DNA of 47,612 nucleotides from an uncultured Pirellulales bacterium. Lineage in GTDB: Bacteria > Planctomycetota > Phycisphaerae > Sedimentisphaerales > Anaerobacaceae. Position numbers and translations under genes: made by a program. Under the pieces are notes generated by a model that did no database searches, was not told where the DNA came from, and saw only the letters and a list, made by a program, of their open reading frames with translations. Numbering within the stretch: position 1 is the first letter of the stretch; each line of letters begins with the position of its first letter. Shown piece by piece: positions 29,062 through 38,783 of the stretch. The stretch covers positions 1-47,612 of the forward strand of contig CAYMYK010000005.1 of NCBI GenBank assembly GCA_964394625.1, in the 5' to 3' direction.

Positions 29062-30195
29062 TCAGAGCTTTGCGCCGGCCTTGCGACGGTCATCAGTTAG
29101 GGTGCAGCTGCGGCTGTATTCTTCAGCCAGGGTTTCAATAAGCTCTTTGACGGAGATGATTTTGTTTAGTCTGTAGGCGTTGGTTCCGGCGAATGCAAAT
29201 CCGTGCTTTAGGTCACCTTTTTTGGCATTTGTTAATGCCGCACCGATGCAGTACGGGGCGTTTTTAAAATCACAGGATTTTAAACACTTCCAGGGACATT
29301 TGAAATCCTCCTTGATTCCGGACGCAATGCGTTCGAGGAACTCACAGCGTATTGCCCTTCCGGGCAGGCCGACGGGGCTGTCGATAATGACAATGTCTTC
29401 TTTTGTACACTCTAAGAATTTCTGTTTAAGTTCCGCAGAGGCGTCACATTCAGAGGTTGTAACAAATCTGGTGGCCATCTGGACGCCCTGAGCGCCCAAC
29501 CGGATGAATTTATGGATGTCTGCACCGGTGTATATTCCTCCGGCGGCGATTACGGGGATGTTTTTGTTGAACTGCCGGGCGTATGGTTTTATCGCAGAGA
29601 TTGTGTCGGGGAGCAGTTTTTCCAGTGCGTATTCGGGGTCGTCGAGCTGGTTTTTTTTGAATCCGAGGTGTCCTCCGGCGAGTGGGCCTTCGACAACCAC
29701 GGCGTCCGGTACATGACGGTAGCGTTTGGCCCATGCCTTAAAGATAATGTCAGCGGCTCTGGCGGAAGAGACTATGGGGACAAACTTTGTATGCAGGTCG
29801 CCCAGCGTGTCGAGTGGCAGAGTTTTAGGGAGTTTTATCGGGAGTCCGGCACCGAGAAGGAGTATATCCACCTGTTCATCGACGGAGCATTTTATAAGGT
29901 CGTCGAAATCCGAAAGGGCGACCATAATATTTACACCGATGATGCCGTTAGAGTTGGCCCTTGCGTTTCTTATTTCTCTGCGCAGGGCTCTCGTGTTCGC
30001 CTCCTTATAATTCGTGTACCAATCGGGCTCGAACTGACCAATTCCGGCGGTGGCAATAACACCTATAGCGCCGGCTATTGCAACGGCCGAGGCCAAGCTT
30101 GACAGGGAGATACCTACGCCCATGCCTCCCTGTATGATTGGGACTTCGGTCTGAAGATCACCTATTTTTAGTGGCGGCATTTTTCCTGAGTACAT
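29062..30195 (-). CDS. Nitronate monooxygenase (2-nitropropane dioxygenase / FabK-like FMN enzyme)
   Basis: PIIQGGMGVGIS is the NMO signature. An FMN-binding TIM barrel follows. This gene has lower GC and more A/T-ending codons than its neighbours. Confidence 0.8.
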   Translation of the reverse strand: MYSGKMPPLKIGDLQTEVPIIQGGMGVGISLSSLASAVAIAGAIGVIATAGIGQFEPDWYTNYKEANTRALRREIRNARANSNGIIGVNIMVALSDFDDLIKCSVDEQVDILLLGAGLPIKLPKTLPLDTLGDLHTKFVPIVSSARAADIIFKAWAKRYRHVPDAVVVEGPLAGGHLGFKKNQLDDPEYALEKLLPDTISAIKPYARQFNKNIPVIAAGGIYTGADIHKFIRLGAQGVQMATRFVTTSECDASAELKQKFLECTKEDIVIIDSPVGLPGRAIRCEFLERIASGIKEDFKCPWKCLKSCDFKNAPYCIGAALTNAKKGDLKHGFAFAGTNAYRLNKIISVKELIETLAEEYSRSCTLTDDRRKAGAKL

Positions 30196-30548
30196 ATACG
30201 GCCTCAGTTAACATTCACGGGATACTCGATAGTGCGGTGAATCCAACGTTGGTGTGATTATATGGCAGGGCTGGGGCTTTGACAAGCGAGAAATCCGCCA
30301 AAAAGCAATTGTGAGGATGTGTGTTTGGGATTTTTGGGCTGGTTTTGAGACGGTGGGCGGCGAGGCAGGGATAAGGGCGAAAACAGTAGCGATTCTTTTA
30401 GAGGGTGTTATAATGGTGTACGGTAGCAGGGTTGGCCGAGAGGTTTTACTTGTAATCTTCAAGGAATTGCTTATCAACGGCCGATAATAATCAGGTGTAC
30501 TCTCAGGTTTCACTATCTATGACACCATTTGGTAATGAGGGTGAGGTA

Positions 30549-31454
30549 ATGGGTAAGAAAACAAAAAAGAGTTCGCGGGAGCTTGGTCTTGAGGTTGCGG
30601 CTATATGCGGCAAGCATTTTTTCAAGCTGGACCACCTGCATTACGGATATTGGCCCCTCGGCCTTGACGTCAACATAGCCAATCTGCACAAGGCACAGCA
30701 GGAATATACTGACTTTCTGGTATCGCACATACCAGAGGGCGTCAAGACAATCCTGGATGTCGGGTGCGGCGAGGGATATGTGGCCAAACGTCTTGTTGAT
30801 GACGGTTACAGGGTGGATTGTGTCTCGCCGAGTCCTTTTTTAAGTGAGCGGGCGCATTCTCTTCTCGGTGCCGGCAGCAGAATATACCGGTGTGAGTATG
30901 AACGGCTCGATACCGAACAGCACTACGATATGGTGATGTTCAGCGAGAGCTTTCAGTACATAGGTCTTGACGATGCAATCCAACAGACGATGCGGTTTGC
31001 CACAGACAACGGTTATCTGCTGATATGCGATGTATTCAGGGTGGATACGAATGCCAACGGGGTTATGGGAGGAGGGCATAAGCTTCGGCGGTTCTACGAA
31101 AGAATAGACAGTTATCCGTTCGAGCTTGTGGATAACATCGACATCACCGAGCAGACGGCGCCGAATATGGACATACTTGACGATGCGCTGAGAAACGTGG
31201 TTCAGCCGGTGCTGGATTCGAGCATGAGCTTTTTAGGCGGCAGATACCCGTTGATGACGAAGTTTCTGCGGTGGAAATACCGCAGGCGTATCGAGAAGCT
31301 GAACAATAAATACTTCAAGGGCGGCAGGCGGAGTGAGGATTTCAAGAAGTACAAGAGCTATCGGTTTTTCCTGTACAGAAAATGCACCGCGGTACCGTGC
31401 GGTTCAGCTGGTGGCAAGGTTTTGAAAGCAGCAGTCGGTGCTGTGTATGTGTAA
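30549..31454 (+). CDS. Class I SAM-dependent methyltransferase
   Basis: ILDVGCGEGY is the glycine-rich SAM motif. ATG 30549 has SD GAGGG 7 nt upstream. The track ORF begins at an upstream GTG at 30495. Confidence 0.7.
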   Translation: MGKKTKKSSRELGLEVAAICGKHFFKLDHLHYGYWPLGLDVNIANLHKAQQEYTDFLVSHIPEGVKTILDVGCGEGYVAKRLVDDGYRVDCVSPSPFLSERAHSLLGAGSRIYRCEYERLDTEQHYDMVMFSESFQYIGLDDAIQQTMRFATDNGYLLICDVFRVDTNANGVMGGGHKLRRFYERIDSYPFELVDNIDITEQTAPNMDILDDALRNVVQPVLDSSMSFLGGRYPLMTKFLRWKYRRRIEKLNNKYFKGGRRSEDFKKYKSYRFFLYRKCTAVPCGSAGGKVLKAAVGAVYV

Positions 31455-31501
31455 GGAGGCGTTCCAGGGCCGTCGGCGGCGATGCGCTTAGCGGTTCAGA
31501 G

Positions 31502-32050
31502 CTATTCGCCCGGCTCGGTCTTTTGCGCCTTTGGCGGGTCCTGATGTTCGTCACTTTGCCCACCAGCCGCCGCCTGCTCAGCCGCCTTGAACTGTTCGAT
31601 GTCGGCACCTTCAGGCACAACGACAACCTTCACCGTCGCCGTCAAATCAGCCGCGAACTCCAGCACCACCTCGTGGGTGCCCACCTCCTTGATATTCTCC
31701 CCGAGCCGCACAACGTCGTCGCTGATTTCAAAACCCTGTGCGCGCAGATTTTCCGCAATAGCTCGCCGGCCGACAGAACCAAACAAATGCCCCTGCTCGT
31801 TCGCCGCCGCCGCTATCACCGCCTCGGCTGCCTGTACCTGCCCGGCAACCTTCTCAAGGCGAGCTCGCTCCAGACGGCGCTGCTGAACCCTGTGCCCCTT
31901 CTCAGCCGCTATCGTACGTATATTTTCCTTCGTCGCCGGCTGAGCAAGTCCGGCCCGGAGCAGATAATTCCTGGCGAATCCATCCGCAACCTCCACGACC
32001 TCACCCAGCCAGCCCAGCTTGTCAACATCACTCGTGAGCAATACTTTCAT
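31502..32050 (-). CDS. rplI: 50S ribosomal protein L9
   Basis: MKVLLTSDVDKLGWLGEVVEVADGFARNYL matches the L9 N-domain. An acidic C-terminal tail follows. Confidence 0.9.
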   Translation of the reverse strand: MKVLLTSDVDKLGWLGEVVEVADGFARNYLLRAGLAQPATKENIRTIAAEKGHRVQQRRLERARLEKVAGQVQAAEAVIAAAANEQGHLFGSVGRRAIAENLRAQGFEISDDVVRLGENIKEVGTHEVVLEFAADLTATVKVVVVPEGADIEQFKAAEQAAAGGQSDEHQDPPKAQKTEPGE

Positions 32051-32110
32051 AGTTCTTAGTTCTTAGTCTGTAATTATTAGTCTATAGTTCAATCGAAAAC
32101 GAACAACGTC

Positions 32111-32374
32111 CTATGCACAATATGGCAATAGCGCCATAAAGCGGGCGCGCTTGATTGCCTTCTTCACCTTCCGCTGACAGCCCGCACAGTTGCCGCTGCG
32201 CTTCCGGGAGTATATCTTACCCCGGTGCGTCAGCAGCTTGCTCAGCGTCGCGATGTCCTTGTAGTCCACGTATTTTTCTCCTCTTCTGCAGAACCGGCAC
32301 TGTGTCTGCTCCCGTCGCGCCGTTCTCCGCCCGGCTGGAAACGGCTCCTTCTCTCTGCTCTCTACTATCGCCAT
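32111..32374 (-). CDS. rpsR: 30S ribosomal protein S18
   Basis: CRFCRRGEKYVDYKD...RKRSGNCAGCQRKVKKAIKRARFMALLPY matches S18. Confidence 0.9.
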   Translation of the reverse strand: MAIVESREKEPFPAGRRTARREQTQCRFCRRGEKYVDYKDIATLSKLLTHRGKIYSRKRSGNCAGCQRKVKKAIKRARFMALLPYCA

Positions 32375-32442
32375 AACCTGTCCTCAAAAAAGTTCATTGT
32401 TCTTAGTCCCAAGTTCACAGTTCACAACCTGTAAGCCGCAGC

Positions 32443-32904
32443 TCAAAAGGGTATATCGTCCTCGCCCGACGGTAGCTCGCCTACGCCGGGCGTCTCGCCG
32501 CCGGCTTTACCGACGTTTTCACCGCCGGTCTGTCCCGCGCGTCCGCCGGCGCCGCTCGGTCCGCCGGCTGCCGTTGGGCCGCCTAAAAACTGAAAATTTT
32601 CCACCGTAACCCGGTGCTTGCTCCGCTTGCTGCCGTCCTGAGCAGTCCAGGCATCATAGGTCAGCCGGCCTTCGACAAACAAAGGGCGGCCTTTGCGCAT
32701 ATACTTGTTAATGTTTTCCGCCAGCCGACCGAACGCTCGACAATCAACAAAGCACGTCTCATCCCGATTTTCGCCGTCCCTGCTCTTCCACTTCCGATTC
32801 ACCGCCAGGCCGAAATCCACCACAGGCGTTTCGCTCGGCAGATAGCTCAACTGCGGGTCACGCGTCAAATTCCCTATCAACAGCACTTTATTATAATTTG
32901 CCAT
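32443..32904 (-). CDS. ssb: Single-stranded DNA-binding protein
   Basis: OB-fold N-terminus MANYNKVLLIGNLTRDPQL, a Gly-rich linker and the C-terminal acidic tip DDIPF. Confidence 0.9.
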   Translation of the reverse strand: MANYNKVLLIGNLTRDPQLSYLPSETPVVDFGLAVNRKWKSRDGENRDETCFVDCRAFGRLAENINKYMRKGRPLFVEGRLTYDAWTAQDGSKRSKHRVTVENFQFLGGPTAAGGPSGAGGRAGQTGGENVGKAGGETPGVGELPSGEDDIPF

Positions 32905-32938
32905 AAAGTTCCCCTCAAAATAGTTTATAGTCTCCTGA

Positions 32939-33505
32939 TTACTGACTTATGTCTTCTGTCTCCGCGTTTGTTTTGTCGCTGTCGGCCTCTGCGGCCGGCC
33001 CACGCTCCGCGCTTGTTTCATCGCTTTTGTCTTCTGCAGTTGGCTCGGCTTCAGTACTCGTTTCGTCGCTTTTGGCCTCCGCAGCCGCTGCCTCCAGGTC
33101 CCTGGATGCCTGCGACCGCGCCCTGGCCTGCTCTAACTGCCTCTTCGCCCGCATCGCAGGCGTCTCCTTGGAAATATCCGCCTCGGTCCTCTCCTCGGCG
33201 CTCAAAATCAACGCTCGCATAATCCGTTCCGAAAGCTTCACCTCGCGCTCAATCTCCCGAACACGCTGACTGTCAAGACGGAAATACGCCAGGATATACG
33301 TGCCGCGCTCAACCTTGCCAATCGGATATGCCAAAGGTCTTTCGTCCCACTTCTGCAGGGATACAATCTCGGCATCCGACCTGGCCAGTATCGTCTCAAT
33401 GGCGTTCATCACGCCGGCCCAGTCCCGCGCCGCCTCGCCCGAATCAACCAAAAACATCCCTTCGTAAAGTCTCTTAGTCGCCGTTTCCAAATCTATTGCC
33501 TCCAA
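32939..33505 (-). CDS. rpsF: 30S ribosomal protein S6 with an acidic C-terminal extension
   Basis: LYEGMFLVDSGEA...GTYILAYF matches the S6 core. An E/D/A/S-rich tail follows. Confidence 0.85.
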   Translation of the reverse strand: MEAIDLETATKRLYEGMFLVDSGEAARDWAGVMNAIETILARSDAEIVSLQKWDERPLAYPIGKVERGTYILAYFRLDSQRVREIEREVKLSERIMRALILSAEERTEADISKETPAMRAKRQLEQARARSQASRDLEAAAAEAKSDETSTEAEPTAEDKSDETSAERGPAAEADSDKTNAETEDISQ

Positions 33506-33528
33506 TAAAAATCGTCTGCGCCTCTTTT

Positions 33529-34155
33529 CTACTCACGTGTATCTTCACCTGCCGCAGAATTAAATCGCGTCATTGCCTCGTCAACTCCATACTCGGCCCA
33601 GCAAAGCACGGCGTCTTTCGCCCTGTCAATGGCTGCGTCAATCAGTGTCCTTTGCTCCGGCGTCGGCCTGGAGAGAACATAATCCGCACCCCAGGAGCCC
33701 TTGCGGGCCGAATCCGGTTCGTCGCTTCGTCCTATTCCTATTCGCAGTCGCACAACCTCGTCGGTCCCGAACCGGGCCAGGACGTCTGCCAGCCCCTTAT
33801 GCCCGCCGGCCGAACCCTTCGCTCTTATCCGAATCCTGCCCGGCTCGAGCGCCATATCGTCAAGCACAACAATCACATCACCGGCCCCGAGGCGGTAAAA
33901 ACCGGCCGCCGTCGCAACCGGCTCGCCGCTGCGATTCATATACAACTGCGGCTTCAGCAGTATCACCTTGCCGCCCGCAAATTCGCACTCGCCGAAGCGG
34001 GCGCCGAACTTGCTCTTTTTCACATCCGTACCAAGAACCTCTGCCAACAAATCAACCACCTCAAATCCTGCATTGTGCCGCGTCCCGGCGTATTCGGCGC
34101 CCGGATTGCCAAGTCCGACTATCATCCTGATTTCAGCCATACCATCAATTCGCAA
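33529..34155 (-). CDS. pth: Peptidyl-tRNA hydrolase
   Basis: IVGLGNPGAEYAGTRHNAGF is the Pth signature. The start is ambiguous between TTG 34155 and ATG 34140. Confidence 0.85.
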   Translation of the reverse strand: MRIDGMAEIRMIVGLGNPGAEYAGTRHNAGFEVVDLLAEVLGTDVKKSKFGARFGECEFAGGKVILLKPQLYMNRSGEPVATAAGFYRLGAGDVIVVLDDMALEPGRIRIRAKGSAGGHKGLADVLARFGTDEVVRLRIGIGRSDEPDSARKGSWGADYVLSRPTPEQRTLIDAAIDRAKDAVLCWAEYGVDEAMTRFNSAAGEDTRE

Positions 34156-34165
34156 AACTCCGGCT

Positions 34166-34819
34166 CTACCCTGTATCGGCTTGTGAAGCTTCTTGCTCTT
34201 CCGGCCTGACTTCGGTTATGACCTCCGGTGCTGCCGGCACCTCTTGTTCTAATTCTTCGGTTGTTTTCGCCGCCGCAACCAAATGACACGTCACCACAAG
34301 CGTATCAGGCGAGCTTACAAGCTTAAGCCCTTCGGCAAGCTCAATGTCACCGGCATGAAGAGCATCGCCGACGCCCATCTCCTTCACTGAGACAACAATG
34401 CTCTCCGGAATGTCCGTCACTCGACACTCTATCTCTAAATGGTCCGTATTCTCCTCGATGATGCCTCCCTCATGCGTGCCCTTCGCGGTACCTTTAAGCT
34501 CGACATGCACAGTCACCCTGACCATCTCCCCGATATCCACGCGCATAAAGTCGGCATGAATAATGTCCTTGCCTAAGTGGTCGTACTGCACGTCCTTGAC
34601 AATCATCTTCTGCTTCTTGCGGCCTATCTGCACATCCATCAGCCGATGCCCGTGGTGCAGCCCTTCCGCAAACACGCGAGCGTCCACTGAAATCGCCACC
34701 GGCTCGGTCTTGTGACCATAGATAATCGCGGGAATCCGGCCTTGTTCTCGAAGAGCAACCGCCGCCTTCGAGCCCGTGCGCTCCCGAACCTTCGCCTTTA
34801 ACAGCAACGCCTTATCCAT
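34166..34819 (-). CDS. rplY: 50S ribosomal protein L25 / general stress protein Ctc
   Basis: The N-terminus KAKVRERTGSKAAVALREQGRIPAIIYG matches L25/Ctc. An acidic tail extends the C-terminus. Confidence 0.85.
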   Translation of the reverse strand: MDKALLLKAKVRERTGSKAAVALREQGRIPAIIYGHKTEPVAISVDARVFAEGLHHGHRLMDVQIGRKKQKMIVKDVQYDHLGKDIIHADFMRVDIGEMVRVTVHVELKGTAKGTHEGGIIEENTDHLEIECRVTDIPESIVVSVKEMGVGDALHAGDIELAEGLKLVSSPDTLVVTCHLVAAAKTTEELEQEVPAAPEVITEVRPEEQEASQADTG

Positions 34820-34842
34820 AAACTTTCCTCACTCAAGCACTT

Positions 34843-35796
34843 CTAAGAACCTGTGAACAAGCTGCTCACAGACTCGTTTCGGTGAATCCTCTTTATCGCC
34901 TCACCTAACATCCTCGCAACCGTCAAAATCTTGATTGTACCCAGTTTCTTCGCTTCCTTGCTCAAAGGCACCGTGTCCGTCACCACGACCTCGTCGATAG
35001 GCGCTTCGCCCAGCTTCTCCAGCGCTGGGCCCGCAAAAATACCGTGCGTTGCGCCGACATATATCTTCTCCGCGCCTCGCTCCTTAACCAGATACGCCGC
35101 ACTGCACACCGTGCCCGCCGTCGTTATCATATCGTCGCACATCAGGATATTCCTGCCGCGCACGTCGCCAATCAGCTCCTTGGCTTCAACCTCACTGCCG
35201 CTGACCCGCCTCTTGTGCACTATTGCAAGCTCGCTGCCTAAGTGCGCCGCATACTTCGCCGCAATCTTCATATTCCCGACGTCCGGCGAAACAACCGTCA
35301 AATTGCCTATTTTTTTATCCAGAAAATACCTGCTCAAAATCAGTTCGCCCGCCAAATGGTCAACCGGTATATCAAAAAACCCCTGAAGCTGCGGCGCGTG
35401 CAAATCTATCGCCAGCACCCTGTTTGCGCCGGCCGTCGCTATCAGATTCGCCACAAGCTTGGCGGTAATAGGGACACGACCCTCGTCCTTGCGGTCCTGC
35501 CGGGCATAGCCAAAATACGGAATCACCGCAGTGATGCGCATTGCACTGGCCCGCCTCAGGCAATCTATGTAAATCAGCAGCTCCACTAAGTGCTCATCCA
35601 CGGGTTTGCACGTTGACTGCATAACAAAGCAGTCTCTGCCGCGAACGTCGTCCTCCACGCGAATTATCTTCTCCCCGTCCGGGAAACGCTCTATCTGCGC
35701 CCCGCCCAGGGGGATACCAAGATACCTGCATACCGCTGCCGCCAGCACCTCGTTACTGCTGCCGGAAAATATCTTGATGTTATCGCTTAAAAACAT
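34843..35796 (-). CDS. prs: Ribose-phosphate pyrophosphokinase
   Basis: The PRPP-binding loop and full Prs architecture are present, including KIFSGSSN and DLHAPQLQGFFDIPVDHL. Confidence 0.9.
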   Translation of the reverse strand: MFLSDNIKIFSGSSNEVLAAAVCRYLGIPLGGAQIERFPDGEKIIRVEDDVRGRDCFVMQSTCKPVDEHLVELLIYIDCLRRASAMRITAVIPYFGYARQDRKDEGRVPITAKLVANLIATAGANRVLAIDLHAPQLQGFFDIPVDHLAGELILSRYFLDKKIGNLTVVSPDVGNMKIAAKYAAHLGSELAIVHKRRVSGSEVEAKELIGDVRGRNILMCDDMITTAGTVCSAAYLVKERGAEKIYVGATHGIFAGPALEKLGEAPIDEVVVTDTVPLSKEAKKLGTIKILTVARMLGEAIKRIHRNESVSSLFTGS

Positions 35797-35805
35797 AGTT
35801 TCTCC

Positions 35806-37044
35806 TCACCGCCTTGATTTACCATGCCGGCCTTGTTCATTCGCGTTATCCTGCGAAACCACCGTCCCGGCGTCAATATGAGCGCCGTCCTTCAACGCAA
35901 CGGGGGCTATCAGTATCGAGCCGGAGCCGATGTAGCAATCGTTGCCTATCTCGGTTCGGTTAACGTTTTTGCCGTCGTAGTTGGCCGTTATCAGGCCCGC
36001 ACCCACGTTCACGTTCTTACCCACGGTAGCATCACCCAAATAGCTGTGGTGCCGCGCCCGCACGCCGTCCGCTAAGCTCGAATTCTTCACCTCGGTAAAC
36101 ACCCCCAGAACCACGTCGTCGCCGAGAACGGTTCCGCTTCGCAAAAATGCAAAAGGCCCCACCCTGCAGTTGCGGCCAATTTTTACCTCACCGTGTATGT
36201 ACGTAAACGGCTCAATAACCGTATCCTGCCCAATCTCAGCCCTGACGTCAATCCAGGTATTAGGCGGGTCAACTATCGTAACGCCGTTCTCCATCAGCCG
36301 GCTCTGTATCCGCTCCTGCATTATCTTGCCCGCCTCGCTAAGCTGCTGCCGGCTGTTGACGCCCATCGCCTCCTCGGGCCGAACCGCAGTAACCGCAACC
36401 ACCTTATGACCGCTCGCTATCATCAGCGCCAAGCCATCGGTAAGGTAATACTCGCCCTTGACGTTGTCCGGCTTGACCTTATCGAGCGACTCGAACAGGA
36501 TTTTATTGTTGAACAGATAGTAGCTTGGATTAACCTCGGTTATCTTAAGCTGCTCAGCCGTGCAGTCGGAGTCCTCGATTATCCCCTGTATATTGCCGTA
36601 GGCGTCTCGGATTATGCGTCCGTAACCCGCCGGCTCGGCAAGAACCGCCGTAGCTAACGTCGCCGCGGAGTTCTCCGACTCGTGCTTGCCGATAAGTGTC
36701 CGCAGCGTCTCGGTCCGAATCAAAGGCCCGTCACCGCAGAGAATCAGCGTCTGCCCGTCGGAACCCTTCAAATGCTCCCTGCAGCACATAACCGCATGTG
36801 CAGTGCCTTTCTGCTCATCCTGCCTGACCCATACGATATCGCCCGCATCCCTGAACCGGTCCTTAACCTGCTCGGCGCTGTAGCCCACCACCACGTATAT
36901 CTTCTCAACCCCCACCCCCCTGCAGGCATCCAGCACATAGGAAAGCATAGGCCTGCCGCACACCTCGTGCAGAACCTTGGCTAACTTCGTGTTCATCCTG
37001 CTGCTCACACCGGCAGCCAGTATTATCGCTACCCTGTCCGCCAT
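35806..37044 (-). CDS. glmU: GlmU-like bifunctional UDP-GlcNAc pyrophosphorylase / left-handed beta-helix acetyltransferase
   Basis: The nucleotidyltransferase N-terminus AIILAAGVSSRM...KVLHEVCGRPML is followed by a C-terminal hexapeptide-repeat region. The conserved gcaD-prs-ctc-pth gene order supports the call. Confidence 0.75.
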   Translation of the reverse strand: MADRVAIILAAGVSSRMNTKLAKVLHEVCGRPMLSYVLDACRGVGVEKIYVVVGYSAEQVKDRFRDAGDIVWVRQDEQKGTAHAVMCCREHLKGSDGQTLILCGDGPLIRTETLRTLIGKHESENSAATLATAVLAEPAGYGRIIRDAYGNIQGIIEDSDCTAEQLKITEVNPSYYLFNNKILFESLDKVKPDNVKGEYYLTDGLALMIASGHKVVAVTAVRPEEAMGVNSRQQLSEAGKIMQERIQSRLMENGVTIVDPPNTWIDVRAEIGQDTVIEPFTYIHGEVKIGRNCRVGPFAFLRSGTVLGDDVVLGVFTEVKNSSLADGVRARHHSYLGDATVGKNVNVGAGLITANYDGKNVNRTEIGNDCYIGSGSILIAPVALKDGAHIDAGTVVSQDNANEQGRHGKSRR

Positions 37045-37114
37045 TTCATCCCGGCTTCTTCGCCTTGAGATTCCGCATTTTCGAATTTTGCATTTTCAAC
37101 TTTGAATTTCCTAT

Positions 37115-37186
37115 CTACCCGGCCAGGACTCGAACCTGGAATGTAGGCACCAAAAGCCCATGTGTTACCAATTACACCACCGGGTA
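37115..37186 (-). tRNA. tRNA-Gln (anticodon UUG)
   Basis: The reverse complement folds as a 72-nt cloverleaf. The acceptor stem is TACCCGG/CCGGGTA. The D-arm is GTGT-AATTGGTA-ACAC. The anticodon arm is TGGGC-TTTTGGT-GCCTA, giving UUG. The T-arm is CCAGG-TTCGAGT-CCTGG. CCA is not encoded. Confidence 0.8.
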
Positions 37187-37321
37187 ATCCAATTGATAAT
37201 TGATTATTCAATATTGATTAACAGCACCCGGCTGCTGAGATAAAAACAACCAATCATCATTCATCAATAATCAATTCTCATAGCTGTCACGCAAGGCCGT
37301 TCAGAATCGGCCCGAAGAACC

Positions 37322-37420
37322 CCATCGGAGGCTTGAGTCAGCCAAGCCGTGATTCTGCTGACCCCACGCCGCTATTCGCGGCAACCGCAACCCCTTACGA
37401 CGGAGCATACCAAAACGACT
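37322..37420. repeat. Copy 1 of a ~100-bp direct repeat. The core is 45 bp, CATCGGAGGCTTGAGTCAGCCAAGCCGTGATTCTGCTGACCCC, followed by a diverged tail ending ...TACGACGGAGC.
   Basis: An identical 45-mer is present at 40186-40230. The core contains the hairpin GTCAGC-N14-GCTGAC. Confidence 0.6.
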
Positions 37421-37478
37421 ACTATAATACATTGCCCCGCCTTGATTCAACAGTTTTTCTCGATTTCTGAAAAAACTT

Positions 37479-38690
37479 TTATAACCCCATTACCCGTTCT
37501 CCAACGGGCGCCAGCGCCGGCAGATTGCTCTCAGGATTGTCGAGATAGAAATACGCACAGCAAGACCAGTCGTCCTGACGCTCGAAAAGCCCGTATGTCG
37601 GCGGATTCGCCTCGTCGGAAATGTCAACTTCAACCAGGCCGGGACCGTTCTTATACAAAGGCTTGCCAAGCTCAGCCATCTGCTCGCGATTGCCCGGGCT
37701 CCAGCAGCCGATCTGATGGATAGTCACACGGATATCTCTGCGGAAGTATATCGGGTCGAGGACATGCCAGCGGTAGAAGCAGAACTGCATCTTCTCATGG
37801 TCGGCTAAGTGACAGCCCTGGTAAAGATTGGCGTATTGGCCCTGTCCCCATGCGGTGCCGATATAATCCTCGGTGCCCGTCCCGCAAAGCGTCGGCAATT
37901 CCATATCGCCGTCCAGATATACCTTAACCTCGCCCTCGCCCCACCAGCTCTTGAAATAAAGCTCCTGGTTTGCGATGGCCCCGATATTGGCGCCGAGAAA
38001 GCGTCCGGCCCCTTCGACTTTCGGCAGTATCTCGAAATCCTTCTGCATTGTCGTCGGGTTCTCACGTCTGAAATTCGCGTGAAAATAAAGCATGTTGTCG
38101 GCAAACTTATCGCCGAGGGTAAAATCGACATCGTAATAAACCGAACCGAGTGTCCGGCTGGTCTCGTTCGTCAGCACGACCTTCATACCCGTCTTGAACG
38201 GCATGGGGATATAGCAATTGAAGCTGCGTCCTTCCGGGCTTGAAAACAATGCCGACTCGAACGTTGACATCCTGCCGATACCGTGGCAAAAGAAATCGCC
38301 GAACGGAGCCGAGACCGCGGGCTTATCCGCCCCGTCCCAGTAAATATCAAGCCTCAGCCCTCTCAGCATAACCGCATCCCGCTCGCTGATAGTAAACCAA
38401 ATTCTGCGAACCATACCGCTTTGCCCTTTGACCTCGGCAAGCACTTTGCTCTCGCCTCGTTCCATAGGAAAACAAGGCGAACCCTTCCTTCCTGCGTTGA
38501 CTTTACCGCCGGCCCCTCGCTGAGAATCCCAGTTCTCAGGACTCGCCCAGCGTGTCTCGACTCCTTCAGGCAAAACATAAAACGTTCCCGCCACATCTGA
38601 ACACACCACGCTGTCCACAAAGCTCAACAAAACCACTAACACCACGCACAACCTGACCATAATCGTTCTCATGACATGCCTCCATAACAC
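37479..38690 (-). CDS. Secreted DUF2961-family protein (possibly GH172-like), paralog A
   Basis: Signal peptide, then conserved blocks RKGSPC, EVKGQSGMVRR, YWDG.DKPAVSAP.GDFF and LCGTGTEDYIGT.WGQG. About 60% identity to the adjacent paralog. Confidence 0.55.
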   Translation of the reverse strand: MLWRHVMRTIMVRLCVVLVVLLSFVDSVVCSDVAGTFYVLPEGVETRWASPENWDSQRGAGGKVNAGRKGSPCFPMERGESKVLAEVKGQSGMVRRIWFTISERDAVMLRGLRLDIYWDGADKPAVSAPFGDFFCHGIGRMSTFESALFSSPEGRSFNCYIPMPFKTGMKVVLTNETSRTLGSVYYDVDFTLGDKFADNMLYFHANFRRENPTTMQKDFEILPKVEGAGRFLGANIGAIANQELYFKSWWGEGEVKVYLDGDMELPTLCGTGTEDYIGTAWGQGQYANLYQGCHLADHEKMQFCFYRWHVLDPIYFRRDIRVTIHQIGCWSPGNREQMAELGKPLYKNGPGLVEVDISDEANPPTYGLFERQDDWSCCAYFYLDNPESNLPALAPVGERVMGL

Positions 38691-38783
38691 AAATGCAACA
38701 ATTCCTGACGTAAATCCGTACCGCTATTCTAACGGAAAAGCCCTCCGATTCAACCATTTGAAATAGCACACAGAAACTGCGAA

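Noticed and set aside
37322-37366. 45-bp repeat as a tRNA-derived att site or a tRNA/tmRNA fragment
   Set aside because: It does not contain the tRNA-Gln 3' end. The hairpin has a C/G at position 33 of its 7-nt loop and no flanking arms, so it is not a tRNA.
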